DNA of 64,000 nt from Eledone cirrhosa (taxonomy: Eukaryota), in contig OZ024760.1 in NCBI GenBank assembly GCA_964016885.1, positions 24,986,001 to 25,050,000 of the forward strand, given 5' to 3'. Below the pieces are notes generated by a model that searched no databases, had not been told where the DNA came from, and saw only the letters and a program-made list of their open reading frames with translations. Below are positions 59,873 through 64,000 of this stretch, piece after piece (the stretch's first letter is position 1; every line of letters starts with the position of its first letter). The position numbers and the translations under genes were made by a program.

Positions 59873-60828
59873 GGAATCGCGAATGCAACTGGAGTCTTAT
59901 TTAAACAAAAATATATGTATTAATTTGGTTCCTTTACGGGTTTCGCAGTTATTCTGCTTTTCAAAAGTAGAGTTGAGATGGAGGGTCTGTGTTTTTTCTC
60001 ACAGATGGTCAACGACTATTTATTTCATTCAAACTTACCCACAATTATGGAAATAATCGATAAAACTAAATACATGACGCTTTACCCCTCTAATAGAATC
60101 TAAAACCTCTCTCTACTCCCCTTAACATTCGATAAAACTACATACATGCTTACAAACTTCCTTTAAGAACGCCGAAGTGAGAGAGACGAGAGTGAGAGGG
60201 AGAGAGAGAGAACGTTTGCTTTTGAGCGTGGAACGGTCAAACATTTATTTACTTCAATGACAAAGAGAACTTATTACATTTCATACAAAACAACACTTAT
60301 TCAAAAGGAACAGATTAATTTATTCAACAACAACAAAAATAGCGATACATCTTTTTTAAAACCTCTCAACTGCTAGAAACAGCAGCTAACTCTCTCCCAT
60401 ATCACACCACTCCCCACTGTCTTAAATTTAGAAAACACATATCCTCTATGAGGTCACTAAACCTGCTAGAAATAGCAGCTAACTCTCCCCCCTATCACAC
60501 CGGTCCTTACTGTCTTAAATCTAGAAAACACACATTAGACAACCATGCAGAACAACTCCATCGCAGCTCTGTTGTTCGGCTGGCATCGTCTACGCGCGTG
60601 TTGCGCAAGTACTGTGAAACAATAAATTTCAACACTTCTTTGCACAGAGATAATATCCATAGGCGAAACTCCAATTGTCACTGCTGGCGCATCTCCTGCT
60701 TTGGCAGTCCATGTATGCAATTCATTCACCCAGTACCTGGCAGACAAAAAAGTACTGCCATAAAATGGGTGGTGCAACCTAACTCTGGTAACTTACTGAC
60801 CCCGAGCAACGCCGGGCTTTAATGCTAG
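59855..60828 (+). mobile_element. Non-autonomous Helitron-like element
   Basis: 3' end cccgagcaacgccggg hairpin (60801-60816) + 8 nt + CTAG (60825-60828), followed by T. Probable tatatataaaa-type 5' end buried in the TA tract; the left boundary is approximate. Confidence 0.7.
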
Positions 60829-61176
60829 TATATATATATACTTCGGTTTTGAATTTGTATTACAAGATTTCTTATCAGAAAACGTAATGAAACATATAAT
60901 GTTATACTTTGGGAGGGTTAGGATTTTATGTGAAGACCAACAGGTGCGTATGTTTTATTGGCAGCATGGCTCTCCCTAAAAAGTATAACTATACATATAT
61001 ATATATATCGACAGTCGATCGACTTTCATCAAATAGGACCGAGGAAACAATGTTTCCGTTGGTTTTTCATCGAATATATAAACAATGAGTTATTTAATTT
61101 GTTGATTATTCAACAAAGTTAATTTATAACAGATTTGAAGCACTCAACACCTTTCTTCCGGAGTATAATATCAATA

Positions 61177-61357
61177 ATGGCAAAATCTCTAGAGGGTCGG
61201 ACGCCATGCTTTGAAGCATAGAGTTACCTCCCTTTATGATCTGACTTCAAATCTCGCCGAGGTTAACTTTGCCTTTCATCCTTACGGGGGTCGATAAAAT
61301 AAAGTACCAGTAATATACTGGGATAATTGCTGACCTTGTGGCAAAAGTAGAAACAAA
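61177..61357 (+). mobile_element. tRNA-SINE inserted into a Penelope pLTR-tail remnant (61090-61400, similar to 7140-7278)
   Basis: SINE body present. Flanks aagcactcaaca...ggagta and aataaatggaaacta...aaaaccatatttatt match 7189-7275. Confidence 0.8.
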
Positions 61358-61705
61358 TATTAATAAATGGAAACTAAAACCATATTTATTTTATTATATA
61401 CTAGCAGTAAAGCCCGGCGTTGCTCGGGGTCGCTCAGTAGCTGTGTTAAAGTTACAATGTTAAGTTTCTTTTTTGGCTTAAAAACTGTAGTGTCTACTGT
61501 GCAGACTTGCATGTGGTGTTTTTGATTAATATTCCCTCAAACAACAATATGCCTTATGAAGTTAAGAAAGCATAACGATAACCCGAATGTTATAACAACA
61601 GAGGATGCTGGGGATAAAAACTGCACTGGTTATTTATTAACAAAGATCGAAAATGTAAACACTGCAACGCAGATAAAAACATTAGCGTAACCAAATTATC
61701 AGTTA

Positions 61706-61922
61706 TGTCTGTCTGCACGCCTATATCACCTCTCTGCACGACTGTCTGTCTGCACGCCTATATCACCTCTCTGCACGACTATCTGTCTGCACGCGTATAT
61801 CACCTCTCTGCACGACTGTCTGTCTGCACGCCTATATCACCTCTCTGCACGACTGTCTGTCTGCACGCGTATATCACCTCTCTGCACGACTGTCTGTCTG
61901 CACGACTGTCTGTCTGCACGCC
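61706..61922. repeat. 38-bp minisatellite inside the Helitron-like element (again at 63885-64000)
   Basis: Unit tgtctgtctgcacgcctatatcacctctctgcacgac. Confidence 0.93.
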
Positions 61923-62591
61923 TAACGACGAAATATTTGCTTGTTTTACGTAGTCTTTAAATAGACTTGTTTTCAAGTAAAAATATTGTTTTAAAATGCT
62001 TTTAAATGGAAATGAAGCAAAACGGAAGCTTAGTGTTCGAACTGATGAATTTTGCAGGTCAATAAAAGTTACAATGTTAAGTTTCTTTCTTGGCTTAAAA
62101 ACTGTAGTGTCTACTGTGCAGACTTGCATGTGGTGTTTTTGATTAATATTCCCTCAACCAACAATATGCCTTATGAAGTTAAGAAAACATAACGATAACC
62201 CGAATGTTATAACAAAAGACGATGCTGGGGATAGAAACTGCACTGGTTATTTATTAACAAAGATCGAAAATGTAAACACTGCAACGCAGAGAAAAACATT
62301 AGCGTAACCAAATTATTAGTTACTAGCATTAAAGCCCGGCGTTGCTCGGGGTCATTAAGTTACCAAAGTTAGGTTGCAGCACTTTTTTGTCTGCCAGGCA
62401 CTGGGTGAATGAATTGCAGACCTGGAAGCATGAGCTGCGCCAGCAGTGACAATTGTAGTTTCGCCTATGGATATTATCTCTGTGCAAAAAAGTGTTGAAA
62501 TTTATTGTTTCACAGTACTTGCGCAACACGCGAGTAGACGATGCCAGCCGAACAACAGAGCTGCGATGGAGTTGTTCTGCATGGTTGTCTG

Positions 62592-63421
62592 TGTGTTTTC
62601 TAAATTTAAGACAGTAGGGAGGGTTGTGATATGAGGGAGAGTTAGCTGTTGTTTCTAGCAGGTTTAGTGACCTCATAGAGGATATGTGTTTTCTAAATTT
62701 AAGACAGTAGGGAGTGGTGTGATATGACGGAGAGTTAGCTGCTGTTTCTAGCAGGTTTAGTGACCTCATAGAGGATATGTGTTTTCTAAATTTAAGACAG
62801 TAGCGAGTGGTGTGATATGAGGGAGAGTTAGCTGCTGTTTCTAGCAGGTTTAGTGACCTCATAGAGGATATGTGTTTTCTAAATTTAAGACAGTAGGGCG
62901 TGGTGTGATATGAGGGAGAGTTAGCTGCTGTTTCTAGCAGGTTTAGTGACCTCATAGAAGATATGTTTTCTAAATTTAAGACAGTAGAGAGGGGTGTGAT
63001 ATGGGGGAGAGTTAGCTGCTGTTTCTAGCAGGTTTAGTGACCTCATAGAGGATATGTTTTCTAAATTTAAGACAGTAGGGAGGGGTGTGATATGAGGGAG
63101 AGTTAGCTGCTGTTTCTAGCAGGTTTAGTGACCTCATAGAAGATATGTTTTCTAAATTTAAGACAGTAGGGAGGGGTATGATATGGGGGAGAGTTAGCTG
63201 CTGTTTCTAGCAGGTTTAGTAACCTCATAGAGGATATGTGTTTTCTAAATTTAAGACAGTAGGGAGTGGTGTGATATGAGGGAGAGTTAGCTGCTGTTTC
63301 TAGCAGGTTTAGTAACCTCATAGAGGATATGTGTTTTCTAAATTTAAGACAGTAGGGAGTGGTGTGATATGAGGGAGAGTTAGCTGCTGTTTCTAGCAGG
63401 TGTAGTGACCTCATAGAGGAT
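62592..63421. repeat. 91-93-bp tandem repeat (about 9 copies)
   Basis: Unit gtgttttctaaatttaagacagtagggagtggtgtgatatgagggagagttagctgctgtttctagcaggtttagtgacctcatagaggatat. Confidence 0.96.
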
Positions 63422-64000
63422 ATTATTGTTTATCATCTATATATATAAAACTGACTGCACGCCTAACGAAATTTACAGATACATATATTTTAAATAAACT
63501 TATATAATTTTTGCTTTTTTTTACGAAATATTTGCTTGTTTTACGTAGTCTTTAAATAGACTTGTTTTCAAGTAAAAATTATTGTGTTAATGTCATTTTA
63601 AACGCTGAGAAAGCCAGCGTAATTTTTTTAACTTTTGCACGCAGACGCTCAATGTAAACAGAACAAAGGGAAATAACTGATCACTTACGCTCAAAAATCG
63701 ATACATTATATTCGATTTCGTCAGATAGGGCGGGTCAATTTGAAATATTTTTTTTCCGATGTCTTCGCTAGGGCTCAATGTACAAGTATAGCAATTTCGG
63801 TGCAATTCCGTGAGAGATTCTAAGAGGAGATGTGTGCCAAAAATCGATAGACAGACAGACAACCACAGTTTTATATATATAGATGTCTGTCTGCACGCCT
63901 ATATCACCTCTCTGCACGACTAACTGTCTGCACGCCTATATCACCTCTCTGCACGACTGTCTGCACGCCTATATCACCTCTCTGCACGACTGTCTGTCTG

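Larger units (their letters stand above)
61401..63883 (-). mobile_element. Compound Helitron-like region (two minus-strand 3' ends; 5'-type ends at 63883 minus and 63436 plus)
   Basis: ctagca(g/t)taaagcccggcgttgctcgggg at 61401 and 62323; atctatatatataaaactg at 63435 (+) and 63884 (-). 62323-62780 is an inverted copy of 60360-60828, and 61448-61700 is duplicated at 62066-62318. Confidence 0.75.

Noticed and set aside
63685-63728. Minus-strand CUGACGA followed by a hairpin
   Set aside because: No GAAA after the stem and no stem I or III; not a hammerhead.

Overview
AT-rich, microsatellite-saturated eukaryotic DNA. The (TA)n/(TACA)n oceans, tRNA-derived SINEs and LINE mix look like a cephalopod (Octopus-type) genome; this is inferred, not verified. 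Almost all long ORFs in the track are artefacts of di- and trinucleotide repeats. Supportable content: (1) 5'-truncated non-LTR retrotransposon fragments of the Tx1/L1, RTE, CR1/Jockey-like and R4/Dong types. (2) Two back-to-back Penelope-like (GIY-YIG) fragments. (3) About 25 copies of one tRNA-derived SINE, often in same-orientation arrays, plus a CORE-type SINE. (4) Helitron-like elements at the right end. (5) Several minisatellites and a 6.7 kb GGT/AGT-register repeat with very long stop-free frames. The most notable signal is a set of at least 8 type I hammerhead-ribozyme motifs in short non-coding units embedded in (TA)n tracts. One unit is a 471-bp partial-tandem retrozyme-like element with an inverted 5' arm (16820-17684), and several near-perfect fold-back palindromes are centred on ribozyme sequence. 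A chain of short minus-strand exon candidates suggests the window may be intronic to an unidentified host gene.
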